Shown here in pieces: positions 8,735 to 20,339 of a DNA stretch of 28,003 nt (its first letter is position 1; every line of letters starts with the position of its first letter). A program made the position numbers and the translations under genes. Below the pieces are notes generated by a model. That model ran no database searches and was not told the origin of the DNA. It was given only the letters and a program-made list of their open reading frames with translations. Source of the DNA: Chiloscyllium plagiosum (lineage: Eukaryota); NCBI RefSeq assembly GCF_004010195.1, contig NC_057750.1, positions 15,494,537 to 15,522,539 of the forward strand, read 5' to 3'.

Positions 8735-10464
8735 AACCTCTCCAGCATACTCCTGGCAAATGTCCAAACTATTGAAAACAAAATGGATGAAGTTAAGATT
8801 GCCTTACCTTCCAGAGGAAACTGAGACAGTGCTGTGTGCTCTGCTTTAAAGACATATAGCTTACTCCTGGTACACCTGACTGTGCCTTACAATCTGAAGG
8901 TTTCTCTATATGTTGCATGGACTGCTCAGCGTCCTCAGGTAAGGCAAGGGGTGGTGGAGTCTGCTTTCTAATCAACACCTCCTGGCATTCAGACGTGGTG
9001 ACCCTGACAAGGTACTGCTCCCTGGCCCTCGAATATCTAACTTTGAACTGCCATCCCTACTAACCTGCCACATGTGTTTACTTCTGCCATCCTGACAGCA
9101 GTCTACATATCACCCATTGTGGAAGTGAAGAGTGCTCTTAATGAAATATACACCGCATAAATGCACTTGAGATGGAACACCCTGAGGCCTTAGTCATTAT
9201 AACCAGTGACTTCAACCAGGCCAATCTCAAGAGGGTGCAACCAAAATACCATTAACACATCTCCTGTCCCACCAGGGTGTCAAACATCCTTGACCATTGC
9301 TACACAACCATACTCTGTCCGCACTTTGGAAAATCAGATTGTAATGCTATATTCCTCCTCCTAGACTGCATGCAGAACTTTGAAACGTGAGGACGCAGTA
9401 CAGAAAGTAGCACAGTGCTGACCTGAGGCATCGAAAGAACTGCTTGGAATCAGTCCACATTCAAGAATTCTGGAGGCAATCTAGACAAAACGTCACCATT
9501 ATCACAGACTTCATTAGCAAGTGCTTAGAGGACTGCATGTCCGAGAAACCTTGGATAAATTGGGAAATCTACTTCCGACTGAAGGCCAGGTGTGTGTCCT
9601 TTAAGTCAGATGATCCTGACTTCTATGTAAATCCAGATATAACCTCCGTAAGACTATTAGAGATGCCAAGAGGCAATACCAACTATGTTAGAGGCCCAAA
9701 CTAACCACACGGACACCCGCCATCTGAGGCAAGGCCCACACCACATAATGGGCTACAAAACAAAGCAGAACAAAATAGTGGACAAAAATACATCCCTCCC
9801 TGATGCGCTCAATGCATTTTACGCCTAGTTTGAACAGAAGGTCAGTGAAATGTTATCATCTGCCCCGACAGCCTCAGTTGCACCTGTTCCCTCAGTCACC
9901 GCAGCAGGCGTCAGTTCGGCCTTCCTGAGAGTGAACCCATGGAAGATGACTGGTCCAGATGGAGTTCACAGCCATGCACTTAGATCACGGCACTCACTAG
10001 CTGGCAGGAGTATTTGCTGACATCTTAACCTCTCTTGTTACAATCTGAAGTCCCCACCTGCTTGAAGAAAACTACATCATCCGAGGAACCAAAAGAAACA
10101 CAAGCAATGTGCCTCAATGACTACAACCTGGGGCTCTGATCTCCATAATTATGAGGTGCTTCGGGACGTTAGTCATGGCTCGTGTAAACACTTGCCCCAC
10201 CCTAACCTCCCTCGATTCCTTGCAATTTGCCTACTGGTGCAACAGGTCCACGGCAGACACCATCTTGCTAGCCCTACACTCATCCCTGGAACATCTGGAT
10301 AGCAAAGATACCTACATCAGGCTTGTACTTATTGACGACAGCTCCAGCCTTCAACACCATAATCCTAAACAGTCTAATCTCCAAACTCAGAGGCCTACAT
10401 CTCTACTCCATCCTGTGCAACTGGATCCTAAACTTCCTGACCCACAGACCGCAATCGATGAAGA
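8735..10464 (+). mobile_element. Rex1/Babar-type LINE, decayed APE endonuclease plus reverse transcriptase, truncated by the gap
   Basis: SILLANVQTIENKMDE, GKARGGGVCFLIN, SDFNQANLK, CPTRVSNILDHCYT, GPDGV, CLNDY, LDSLQFAY..NRSTAD, AFNTI and [14 protein letters not shown], with many frameshifts. Confidence 0.9.
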
Positions 10465-10964
10465 NNNNNNNNNNNNNNNNNNNNNNNNNNNNNNNNNNNN
10501 NNNNNNNNNNNNNNNNNNNNNNNNNNNNNNNNNNNNNNNNNNNNNNNNNNNNNNNNNNNNNNNNNNNNNNNNNNNNNNNNNNNNNNNNNNNNNNNNNNNN
10601 NNNNNNNNNNNNNNNNNNNNNNNNNNNNNNNNNNNNNNNNNNNNNNNNNNNNNNNNNNNNNNNNNNNNNNNNNNNNNNNNNNNNNNNNNNNNNNNNNNNN
10701 NNNNNNNNNNNNNNNNNNNNNNNNNNNNNNNNNNNNNNNNNNNNNNNNNNNNNNNNNNNNNNNNNNNNNNNNNNNNNNNNNNNNNNNNNNNNNNNNNNNN
10801 NNNNNNNNNNNNNNNNNNNNNNNNNNNNNNNNNNNNNNNNNNNNNNNNNNNNNNNNNNNNNNNNNNNNNNNNNNNNNNNNNNNNNNNNNNNNNNNNNNNN
10901 NNNNNNNNNNNNNNNNNNNNNNNNNNNNNNNNNNNNNNNNNNNNNNNNNNNNNNNNNNNNNNNN
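10465..10964. other. Assembly gap (500 N)
   Basis: Run of N. Confidence 1.
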
Positions 10965-11020
10965 AGGTCCCTGGTGCTGTGAGGCAGCAGTGCTAACCAC
11001 TGAGCCACCCTGCTACCCCA
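10965..11020 (-). mobile_element. tRNA-derived SINE 5' head
   Basis: Reverse complement GGTGGCTCAGTGGTTAGCACTGCTGCCTCACAGCACCAGGGACC contains an A box and matches the SINE at 16205. Confidence 0.8.
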
Positions 11021-11021
11021 C

Positions 11022-11920
11022 CACTTGGCCCATATCACTCCAAACTTTTCCTATTCACATACTTACCTAAATGTCTTTTAAATGTTGAAATTGTACCCAT
11101 ATCCATCACTTCCTCAGGAGTTTCATTCCACTCGCACAACACCCTCTGTGTAAAAATATTGCCCCTCATTATTTTTTAAATCTCTTTCCTCTCACCTTAA
11201 AAATGTGTCCCTAGTCTTGAAATTCCCCCTCCTAGGGGAAAGGCAACTACCATTAACTTTATCTATGCCCCTCATTATTTTTTAAGGTCACCTCTTAACC
11301 TGCTAAGCTCCAGTGAAAAAGGTCCCAACCTATTCAGACTTTCTTTACAACCCAAACCTTCTATACCCATAACATCGTGGTAGATCTCTTCTGAGCCCTC
11401 TTCAACTTAATAGTATTCTTACTATAACTGGACAATCAGAACTGGACACAAGAGGCCTCACCAATGTCCCATATAACCTCAACATGAGTATCTGACTCCA
11501 AGACTCAAAGGACCGAGCAATGAAGGTAAGTGTGCTAAATGCCTTTTAAACCACCCTGTCCAAATGCGACTCAAACTTCAAAGAATTATGTACCTGAACC
11601 CTGAGGTCCCTCTGTTCTACAACACTACCCAAGGCCCTACCATTAATTGTATAAGCCCTTCCCTCGTTTGTTGTACCAAAATGTAATACCTCATATTTAT
11701 CCAGATTGAACATCAACTGCCATTTTTCAACCCATTGACCCATTTGATCAAGATCCTTTTGTAATCTTAGAAAACCTTCACTGTCTACTATGCCACCAAT
11801 TTTGGTACCGTCTGCAAATTTACTAACCATACCTTCTATATTCTCATCCAAATCATTGATATAAATGACAAACAAAAGAGAACCCAGACCAATCCCTGTG
11901 CAACGCTGCTGGTGACAGGC
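11022..11920 (-). mobile_element. CR1 RT C-terminal half
   Basis: LFVIYINDLDENIEGMVSKFADGTKIGG and QRDLRVQVHNSLK in ORF 11546-11968. Confidence 0.92.
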
Positions 11921-11924
11921 CTCA

Positions 11925-12187
11925 GAGAAGTCAAGTTTTAGTCGAGCAGCCAACATTAAACTTCTCACTAACTAAAAGCAAAACTGAAAGTCTTCCTGGG
12001 TCTGTGTGGGCCCTGACCCCGCCCACCCATGATCCTTTTGTCCCATTTGAAACAAAGTACCCGGGGAGAACTCAAAAACTGTTTTCCAATTGCTTATCTG
12101 AAGGAGACATTTTGGTACCACTGTGACAACACCCCTCTACAAGAGAAACAGCACAGAAACATCTCTTAAAGGTATATTGTCATCACA
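11925..12187 (-). mobile_element. Partial LTR related to 7744-8389
   Basis: Its end, acatctcttaaaggtatattgtcatcaca, resembles acagctcttaaagccacagtatcatgaca; the internal actaaaa..ctgtg..gc.tga.c.c.ccc block is also similar. Confidence 0.5.
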
Positions 12188-12569
12188 GTAGCTGTAGAAA
12201 CAATTACTGTTTGTTTTTATATCTTTAGCTCACTTTCTTTCATTCTCTATTTTTACCCTTCTTATTAATATTATATTAATTGCTGTTTTTAATAATCTGT
12301 CAAAACCCAGATCTGCCATCCTCATTGGTGCAATTCTACACCTTTTTCTCAGCCTAATACTTTATGTTCATCTTGCTCTCATCAGAATTGGTGAAAGAAT
12401 TCCAATTTCAAAGGAAGCAACAATTAGATTTAAGATGGTGAAGAATCCTCTGGTGCTGTGGATAGTTAACTGAGATTACATTTACCTTTCCTTGAAACCC
12501 TGATTTATCATCCAGGGGTGAAGGAGTTACTGCTCACTCTAAATGGCCCCTTGCTGCAATTAACAGGTG

Positions 12570-12700
12570 CCCAATCACAGACTATCCCACCTACCTTTCC
12601 CCCAGCCCTACCACCCCACCCCTATTTATTTCTCAGTTCCTTCCCCCTCCTGAGTCCTGACCCAAAATGTAGACTTTCCTGCTCCTCCGATGCTGCCTGG
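12570..12700 (+). mobile_element. Decayed PLE-derived terminus
   Basis: C-rich tract, then cccaaaatgtagactttcctgctcctccgatgctgcctgg, similar to 5990-6030. Confidence 0.6.
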
Positions 12701-13589
12701 TGTCAGGTGGATCCATTCAAGGTGGATCAAAGAAATTTGTAGTGAGATTACTCAACACAGCTCAGACTGACCAGACAAACCCAGACCAGTTTCGAATCAC
12801 TTAGTCCCTTTTTCACATGCTAATTCCCAACCTCATACTAGAAGCCTCTACTGGAAGTGCCTTCTTCAAAGCTGCCCTGTCATTTCTATATAAACATCGA
12901 CTCATCATAGCACAGAGGGAGATGTAAGTGTCGAAAGGAATTTAACAAGTTAGTTTTGGAAATCTGAGATGGCTAAGTATAAAGACAGAATTTGAAGGCA
13001 TGTTAGTGTCAGAATTAAATAAAAATGTTTGATTTCTGTTTAAAAATATTATAAGAATATTTTATCAGAAAGCAAAAGTTCTCTAAAACTCATGAAAAGG
13101 TAGAATGTCAGTAATGAAATACCTCAGTTAGAAGAGAAGATAGAAACATTGAATATTTGACTGAATACATCAGTTTGGGACTTATATTGGTAATAGTGAA
13201 GGAAAATGCTGATAAAACTAATATACGGGATGATGTCTGGATGATTAAAACTTTGAGCCCTATAACAGGATCATTAAAGAATATCTGCAAGTTGCATACT
13301 GTCCAAGGAAAAGGGAACTGTAGGATCTTTTAAGTTAATTTGATTTGGTCGTTAAAACACTTGTGCTTAAATGCTAGAAATTAAGAATTAGCAATAGTTT
13401 TATAAGAAAAGGTTATTGAATGAGATAATCTCTAGAGAGGCAATGCCATTACAGGTAGGCAGTGACCACTCCCATTTTCAGGTCTGGAGAACCTTGAAAA
13501 CAAATTGAAATGTTGGGTCATTACCCCTCAATGTGCTACCGCTCTCAATGGGTGAATATTTGTATAGATAGTGTGTATGCATTTGGGGT

Positions 13590-13925
13590 CATAGAGTCAT
13601 CGAGAGTTACAGCATAGCAAAAGACCATTCAGCCCAGTCAAAAACAACCACCTGACTACTCTAATCCTATTTGCCAGGATTTGACCCATAGCCTTGCATG
13701 ACTTGGCATTGCAAGTGCACAGCTAAACACTTCTTAAACGTTATGTGAGTTTCTAGCTCCACCAACGTTACAGGCAGAGTTCCGGATTCCAATTACTCTC
13801 TGGGCGAAAAAAGCTTTTCCTCACGTCTCATCTAAACCTTCTGCCCCTTACCTCAAACCTCACCTGGTCACTGATCTGTCCACCAAGGGGAAAAGTTCCT
13901 AACTGGCCACACTATCTTTGCTGCT
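13590..13925 (-). mobile_element. CR1 3' end inserted in the ERV RNase H
   Basis: catagagtcatcgagag tail followed by a reverse-complement ORF2 C-terminus. Confidence 0.8.
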
Positions 13926-13959
13926 CAAGACTTGTGCAGTCAACTGAACTATTTTGTTA

Positions 13960-14877
13960 TTAAATGGGACCTTGATCAGGTGGGCTAATAGACAGAGGAG
14001 TGCTAGATCGAGTTTAATTTAGATAAATATAAGGTGTTGCATTTTGGTAAGAAAAATTAGGGCAGAACTTATTCACGTAGGGCCCTGGGGAGTGTTGCCG
14101 AACAAAGAGACTGAGATGTGCAGGTGAGTAGGTCCTTGAAAGTGGAGTGGCAGGTAGACAGGTGGTGACGAAGGCATTTGGCATGCTCGCCTTCATTAGT
14201 CAGAGCATTGAGTATAGAAGTTGGGATGTCATGTAGTGGCTGTAAAGGACATTGGTGAGGCCACTCTTGGAATACTGTGTTCAATTCTGGTCTTCCTGCT
14301 ATAGGAAAGATGTTGTTAAACTTGAAATATTTACAAGAGTGTTGCCAATGTTGGAGGGTTTGAGCTATAGGGAGAGGTTGAATTGGACTGGGGCTATTTT
14401 CTCTGGAGCATCTGAGGCTGAGGGATGACCTTATAGAGGCTTGTAAAATCATGAGGAGCATGGTTGGGAGAAAGTGAGGACTGCAGATGTTGGAGATCAG
14501 AGTTGAGAGTGTGGCACTGGAAAAGCACAGCAGGCCAGGCAGCATCCGAGCAGCAAGGTGTTTTTTTCCAGGGTAGGGGAGTCCAAAACTAGAGGGCATA
14601 GTTTTAAGGTGAGAGGGGAAAGATATAAAAGAGACCTATGGGCCAATCTTTTCACACAGAAGGTGGTGCGTACATGGAAGGGGCTGCTGGAGGAAGTGGT
14701 GGAGGTGAGTACAATTACAACACTTAAAAGGCATCTGAATGGATACATGAATAGGAAGGGTTTAGAGGGATTTGGACCACATGCTGGCAAATGGGACTAG
14801 ATTAATTTAAGATATCTGGTCGGCAGAGGCGAGTTGGACTGAAAGGTCTGTTTCATGCTGTATAACTCTATGATTCT
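13960..14877 (+). mobile_element. CR1 3' portion inserted in the ERV
   Basis: LVRPLLEYCVQFWS and KTRGHSFKVRGERYKRDL..FTQKVV; tail ctctatgattct. Contains a PLE fragment at ~14466-14555. Confidence 0.9.
14466..14555 (-). mobile_element. PLE-derived tail fragment inside CR1
   Basis: gggagaaagtgaggactgcagatgttggagatcagag... is similar to 5862-5952. Confidence 0.8.
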
Positions 14878-15596
14878 TTGATATGCTATCATTCAGGTCA
14901 ACAGTGATAAAGGTTAAAGTACATCAAAAGGGAACAGACTGCATTCAATTCAGAACTCAGTGGGCAAATGAGGCAGCTAATAAGGCAGTCATAACAGACC
15001 CTGAGCATCAGCTAGCAGCAGCAGCAACTGAGTTGGAGGAAATAAACATGGCACATTCCCACAGGGAGATGGAAAGGAAGAGTAAGCGATTTTCAAGAAC
15101 AATGGGCAGTAAAAGGTGCCTATTACATCTGGCCAAGAGATGAAAGGGTGGTAGCATCACGCTGTTGTCAGCATAACCTCATAAAATAAACTGCTAAAAC
15201 ACACACGATGGGAGGGAAACAATGTTGGGGAGGATGGGTGGATGCTGGTGGCAAAGAATGGGAGGAGACAGCAAAACATTACAATGACGCTTGGTATGTG
15301 CTCAAAATAACCCAGGAAGACCAGTTAAGGTCCAACGTACCTTCAGCCCTGACCAAAGGGATGATGGAGGTAGTTACTAACAGATTTCACAGGGACCTCT
15401 CCCTCTAAGCTGAAGAAAAAATATTGTTTGGTCAGAATTAACCAACTTCTGGGTGGGCAGATGGAAGCAAATCCCACATAAGATGATTCAGTGACAAAGG
15501 TCACTTGAATAATTTGAAAGTAATCCCAAGATGGGGAACACTATTACAGACGCATTTAGATCAGAAAACATATTTTACGGGGTGCATGGTTCAATT

Positions 15597-16190
15597 GCAG
15601 CAAATACTTAAGAAAGTAATAGGGTTAGGAATTTTGGTCTTTATTATTAGAAAGCTTAAAATATGGAAGTCCTGCTTCAGAGTGTTGGTGAGTCTGCTCC
15701 TGGAGTACTGTGTAGAAATTTGGTCCCTATATTTAAAAAAATAATATATTAGCATTGGAGGCTGTCCAAAAGAGATTCACCAGGCTGATTCCTGAGATAA
15801 AGAGGCTGTCTTATCAAGAACAGCTAAGTCCTTTATTTATTAGAGTTGAGCATGAGGGATGAACATATTAAAACTTACACGATTCTGAGGGGGGTTGGCA
15901 TAGTAAATGTTGAGAAGATGTTTCCATTAGTGGGGGTTCTTGAGCTAAGAAACATTGTGGCAGGATACAGGGAATAGAGAATATGTGCAATTCTCTACAC
16001 CAGAGAGTTACAGAGGCTCCATTACTAAAAAGTATTTAAAAAGGAGATAGAAAGATTTTTAAAATAACGAGGAATGGAGGGCTTTGAGGAGCCAGCAAGG
16101 AAAAGCAGTTGAGGACTGGGGCAGATCAACCATTCTCTTACACAATGTTAAGCAGCCTTAAGGGGCCTACTTCTGCTCCTGTTATGTTTT
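15597..16190 (+). mobile_element. Old CR1 3' portion inserted in the ERV integrase
   Basis: RVLVSLLLEYCVEIWSLYLKK and LEAVQKRFTRLIP, followed by a 3' UTR. Confidence 0.85.
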
Positions 16191-16204
16191 TAAGAGGTTT
16201 GTAA

Positions 16205-16488
16205 GGGGTGGCACAGTGTGGCTCAGTGGGCAGCATTGCTGCCACACAACACCAGGGGCCCAGGTTCAATTCCACCCTTGGCAACTTTCTGTGTGGAGTT
16301 TGCATGTTCTCCCTGTGTCTGTATGGGTTTCTGCTGGGTGTTCTGGTTTCCTCCCACAGCCCAAAGTGCAGTTTAGGTGGATTGGCCATAGTGTCCATGG
16401 AGATCAGCAATGGGAAATGCAGGGTGTGGGTCCAGGTGGAGGGTTGGTATGGGCTGAATAGCCTGCTTCCACAGTGTAGGGGTTCTAT
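16205..16488 (+). mobile_element. V-domain tRNA-derived SINE (HE1-like)
   Basis: A box TGGCTCAGTGG, B box GGTTCAATTCC, core TGTGTGGAGTTTGCATGTTCTCCCTGTGTCTG..GGTTTCCTCCCACAG, and a CR1-like 3' tail. Confidence 0.9.
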
Positions 16489-17094
16489 GTAGGTTGCTGG
16501 CAATCAAACAAAAATTTTACATCCCCTACAACCTACAGGGTAAAGGCATGGTAAAACAAAGTAATAAGACATTAAAGAGAGCACTGACTGAAGCCGTCCA
16601 GGAAATGGCACAGGGATGACAGAGATGTTGCCTTAAATCCTAATGACTTAAGCCAACACCCAGTAGATTGACTGAATTAATTCCATTTAAGTTAATGACA
16701 GGAAGGGCGATGGGGATATTGCCAGGAGATGCTGAGACTGGCAGTAAGTAAGTAGGACCCGTGAGACAGCAAGTTAAATGATTCACAAGAAAGCCATGCA
16801 AGTGACTGCACAGCGTGAGGCAATAATTTTGAGATCAGCTGATCAGCACGACCAGGAAGCAAAGGCTGGAATGGAGCAGGTTGGGGTATACCCAGAGGAG
16901 AAGATAAGGTTATGGTAAGGGTAGTGCTGGGGGATTTAGGATTTGCACAGCAATGGGTAGGATATTATGAAGTGATCACAATTAGTGATAGATAGTCCTG
17001 TATAGAACAAAAGGCAATGGTCATTGAGAGCAAGTGGAGCAAATAACTAATTGATTTAATTGTTCCAGAATACTTAGTTACAGGAGTAATTGAA

Positions 17095-18550
17095 CCATAT
17101 TAGCCCTGATAGCGATATTTGCTGTGGCGTTACTGCTTCCTAAAGTATTTCCTGAGGAGCTATCAACAAAAAGACAGTTAATATGTAATGGGTCTCCTCA
17201 CTGCCTGGACCAAGGGTAACTAAATCCAACAATAAAACCTCTATTGTGCTTGATTTGTGAAGGTTTCCTCACTATTGCACTAATAGAAGAAGCAGCGAAG
17301 TGATTGTGATCTGTTTAAAGTTATGACACACATTTAACTGTGTACAGTTTGTCTGCATTGCCACCACACTCACCTATAACGAAGCAAAGGTGTTTTGATT
17401 TGGATTCCAGCGGTGTGCTGTGTGCCAAAGTGGCCCAGCAGTGAGGTTGGTAACACTAGGAATATTAATGGGACAGAGCAACAAACTTACCACGACAAAG
17501 CTAATGACAATGTCGGGTTGGGAACTTGGGGCACCAATAATTGACCCACTTTTTAAGCCCAGGACCAGAAAATGCCCAGATCATTAATGATAGGATCAAT
17601 GTGCAGAAAATTCTCTCAAATGATGCAGTCAGGAATAACCTGTGCAGCACTTGTGGATCATGAATACTTGAGCAGAAGAGGGAAAAGGAGAAATGCATTC
17701 TTGAAGATGAAGTACCCCACTGGGTAAATAATGTTCATTTGTTTAACCTGTCACAGCACAGGGAGCATAGCTGGACTGGCTGAGAGCCCTGGTTTGAAAC
17801 CTGACATAAAACTGATGCAGAATGTGTTATATATGTTAACACCTTAATCACCATTGTTCTGGCAATCCCTGATATACCTGTATCCATAGCCACCAAAACA
17901 TTTTATGGAAGAGACAGTATTGGGGTAATTGGGATTATTACACAAGGAACGTTGCATATACAGTAAAGATGGGGAATATATGACAATCACCACTTTGCAC
18001 AGATGTAAGGTAGCAGCCCATTCAATAGTATGTCCACTTCAGACATATGAGACAGAAGAAGCTTTAACACATTGGCCACCTGGACAATGGAAGCTAAATG
18101 GGCTGCAATGGAACCAACTGATGTTGCATGTCTGGGTATGGGGAGATATTGCATTACCACAACACAAAAGAGTATCAATATGGGAACAACCGATCCTGTC
18201 TGAAAACTAGCCATGTGGTGTTGTCATATATCAACTAGGGAGGAAAAGGCAGAACTGATGGAAACCCACAGGAGGGAAACAGTTAACATGTAGGTAAAGG
18301 GAAGCATAAAAAAAAACACCTGTCACAGTATCTAAGCAGTTCTTCTATACAATCCCACCTTGCTGAATACCTTGTAGATATCCAAACCAAGGGCCAGTGG
18401 ATACGTTGAATGTATTATCCCCTACAGCAGCAAGTTAGGGCATTGACTAACAATATCAAACAAATTGATACCACCAGGTGGCTGGAGGGCCTGCAGAATG
18501 AAGGATCAAATGTACAGATACACCCATTGATCAGGATATCGGCTCACAGC
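17095..18550 (+). pseudogene. env: Decayed retroviral envelope gene
   Basis: Lies directly after integrase. Hydrophobic ILALIAIFAVALLLP leader; ENAQIINDRINVQKIL heptad; EVPHWVNN; IVLAIP..SIG; LHRCK..IVCP; VACLGMGRYCITT; YYPLQQQVRALTNNIKQI..RW heptad. Confidence 0.7.
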
Positions 18551-18824
18551 ACAAGAAGGACACACATGGGAAGGCGAGTAGTTTGGAAGTTGGAGTATAC
18601 AAGGTCAGAATGTATAAGGCAAGGACCCATTTTACTGGGATAACCTGTACAGCTGCTAGAACTAAGTAACTTTACAACCCTAAGCTCAATACCTGGGCAG
18701 TGTCAATAGGCCGTATAACAAAAAGATAAAAGCGTACCGTTAAGTTGGGCTTGGCTAAGGAACAGAATGGGGCGGTAAAGGGGTTGAATCACTTGAAGTC
18801 AGTTAAGAGTGATGAGTTGTTTAA

Positions 18825-19005
18825 CTTAGTTGGCTGGATATCTGGTTTGCATTGCAGGGTGATACTACTGGAGTAAGTTCAATTCCCATACTGGCTGAGG
18901 TTACTATGAAGGGCACCCTTTCTCAGCCTGTCCCCTTGTTTGATGTGAGCTGACTGTCAGGTTAAACTACTGCCAGGTATCTCTGATGAGACAGCAGTCT
19001 ATGGC
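18825..19005 (+). mobile_element. Decayed tRNA-derived SINE
   Basis: ttagttggctgg (A-box-like) and aagttcaattcc (B-box-like) with tRNA-like spacing. Confidence 0.55.
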
Positions 19006-19494
19006 AGGACCTTTTAGTTAAGGGTTACATTTTCAGTCATATGGTCAGCATTAGAAAAAGCAAAAGGAAACCAATGGCAAGTTAACAGGGTAGGAAATGC
19101 AATATCAGTAAGATAGCTCCAACCGCAGGTAAAATACAGACAATGCCTATGTAAACTGTGGGTAAACAGTAGATAACATAAGACACCTGAGCCATGAAAT
19201 ATGGGAGTTTCAATAATTAATATTGAGATACTTTGTAAAAAGCTCTGAGGTGTCTGTAATCCTGTAGAGTTGGTTTATATTTCTTGGTAATAAAACTAAC
19301 TCTAAACACATGAAGATAAGCAAACAGTGGTCCTGGATCTAAGTCTCTTACAATTTGTTGAGTTGTCTAACAGCAATACCGAATGAGGTGAGCATGGTAA
19401 AACTGCATGAGAAAATTAGATCAAACTCTTGGTCAAACCCTCAAGAAACTCCCCAAAATTGACACTTAACTGATTTTTTTGGGGAAAATTCAGT

Positions 19495-19695
19495 CTTTAG
19501 TGTCAGTGATGGCGAATATGAAACTGTTATTGATTATTGCTAAAGGTCTATCGCCCTTACCTGGTCTAGACTACATGTGACTACAGACCCACAGCAATGT
19601 GGTTGACTCTTATCTACCCTCTGAAATGGCCAAACTCAGTTCAGAAGCAATTGGAAATGGGCAATAAATAATGTTCACATCCCATAAAAGAATTT
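19495..19695 (+). mobile_element. SINE 3' part (same family as 21362-21680)
   Basis: Shares cttacctggtct..ctacatgtgact.cagac/tccacag and ggcaataaat with 21570-21660. Confidence 0.75.
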
Positions 19696-20339
19696 AAAGT
19701 AATTCTGGGCAATACAGCCCTAGTTCGTATAATCTTTCCTTGCGATTTGATGCTTGGAGATGCATTTTCCAAACCACTGAACAACTGGGAAAACATGGTG
19801 AGGTTAGAGATTCTGAATGTCTAAGAGAAAAAGAATTTTTCATCAGAGTTTAAAGGATGAGACAAGAATTTTACTTGTGAATGGTGAGAGACCTATTTGC
19901 ATGTTTTGTTCAACTTATTATCTATTCTCATGTTACCTATACAGTTTCCCATTCACCCATGTGATAGAGATCAACTAGATTGTTACAATTCCCAATATGA
20001 AAGTCAGAATGGGTAATTGGTGGATCCCAATCACCTCTTGATCCCCCTGGCCCTCCAACTTGGCCAGTAGCGCCTGAGACCTCCAGGCGTGCTTCACGGT
20101 CAGCTGTTCTGATTCTGACATTCCCCACACAGGTTCCTTGGAGCGGTGACCCAGTCACAGCACGGCGCATTGTCGCTGTTGCTGAGATACATTGAAGGTG
20201 AAGAGAAATTGAGGACAAACAGATGTGCAGCAAGCCCAGGGTCAGCACCAATCTCTAGGGGATGCAAAATAGTTTCCACAGGAAGAAGTCACAGATGAAA
20301 GTGCCCAGGGATGCTGAAGACAGAATCTCTCATACTTAA

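Larger units (their letters stand above)
13440..17050 (+). mobile_element. pol: Endogenous retrovirus pol remnant (RNase H plus integrase) in three pieces: ~13440-13590, ~14885-15594, 16488-17050
   Basis: RNase H: VNICIDSVYAFGV (13552-13590) and VIKVKVHQKG..ANEAANKA. Zinc finger: H.GRETML..WW..CAQNNPGRP. Integrase core: TDFTG..KYCLV, VIPRWG..LDQKTYFTG, IKQKFYIPYNLQGKGMVKQSNKTLK, PFKLMTGR. GPY/F-like: DKVMV..WVGYYEV. Confidence 0.9.

Noticed and set aside
10151..11038. Long ORFs of 190-281 aa
   Set aside because: Artefacts of reading through the 500-N gap; the real parts are Rex1/Babar RT and SINE sequence.
19937..20251. Collagen-like exon (GATGQVGGPGGSRGD)
   Set aside because: The Gly-X-Y register breaks after four triplets and I see no convincing splice sites.
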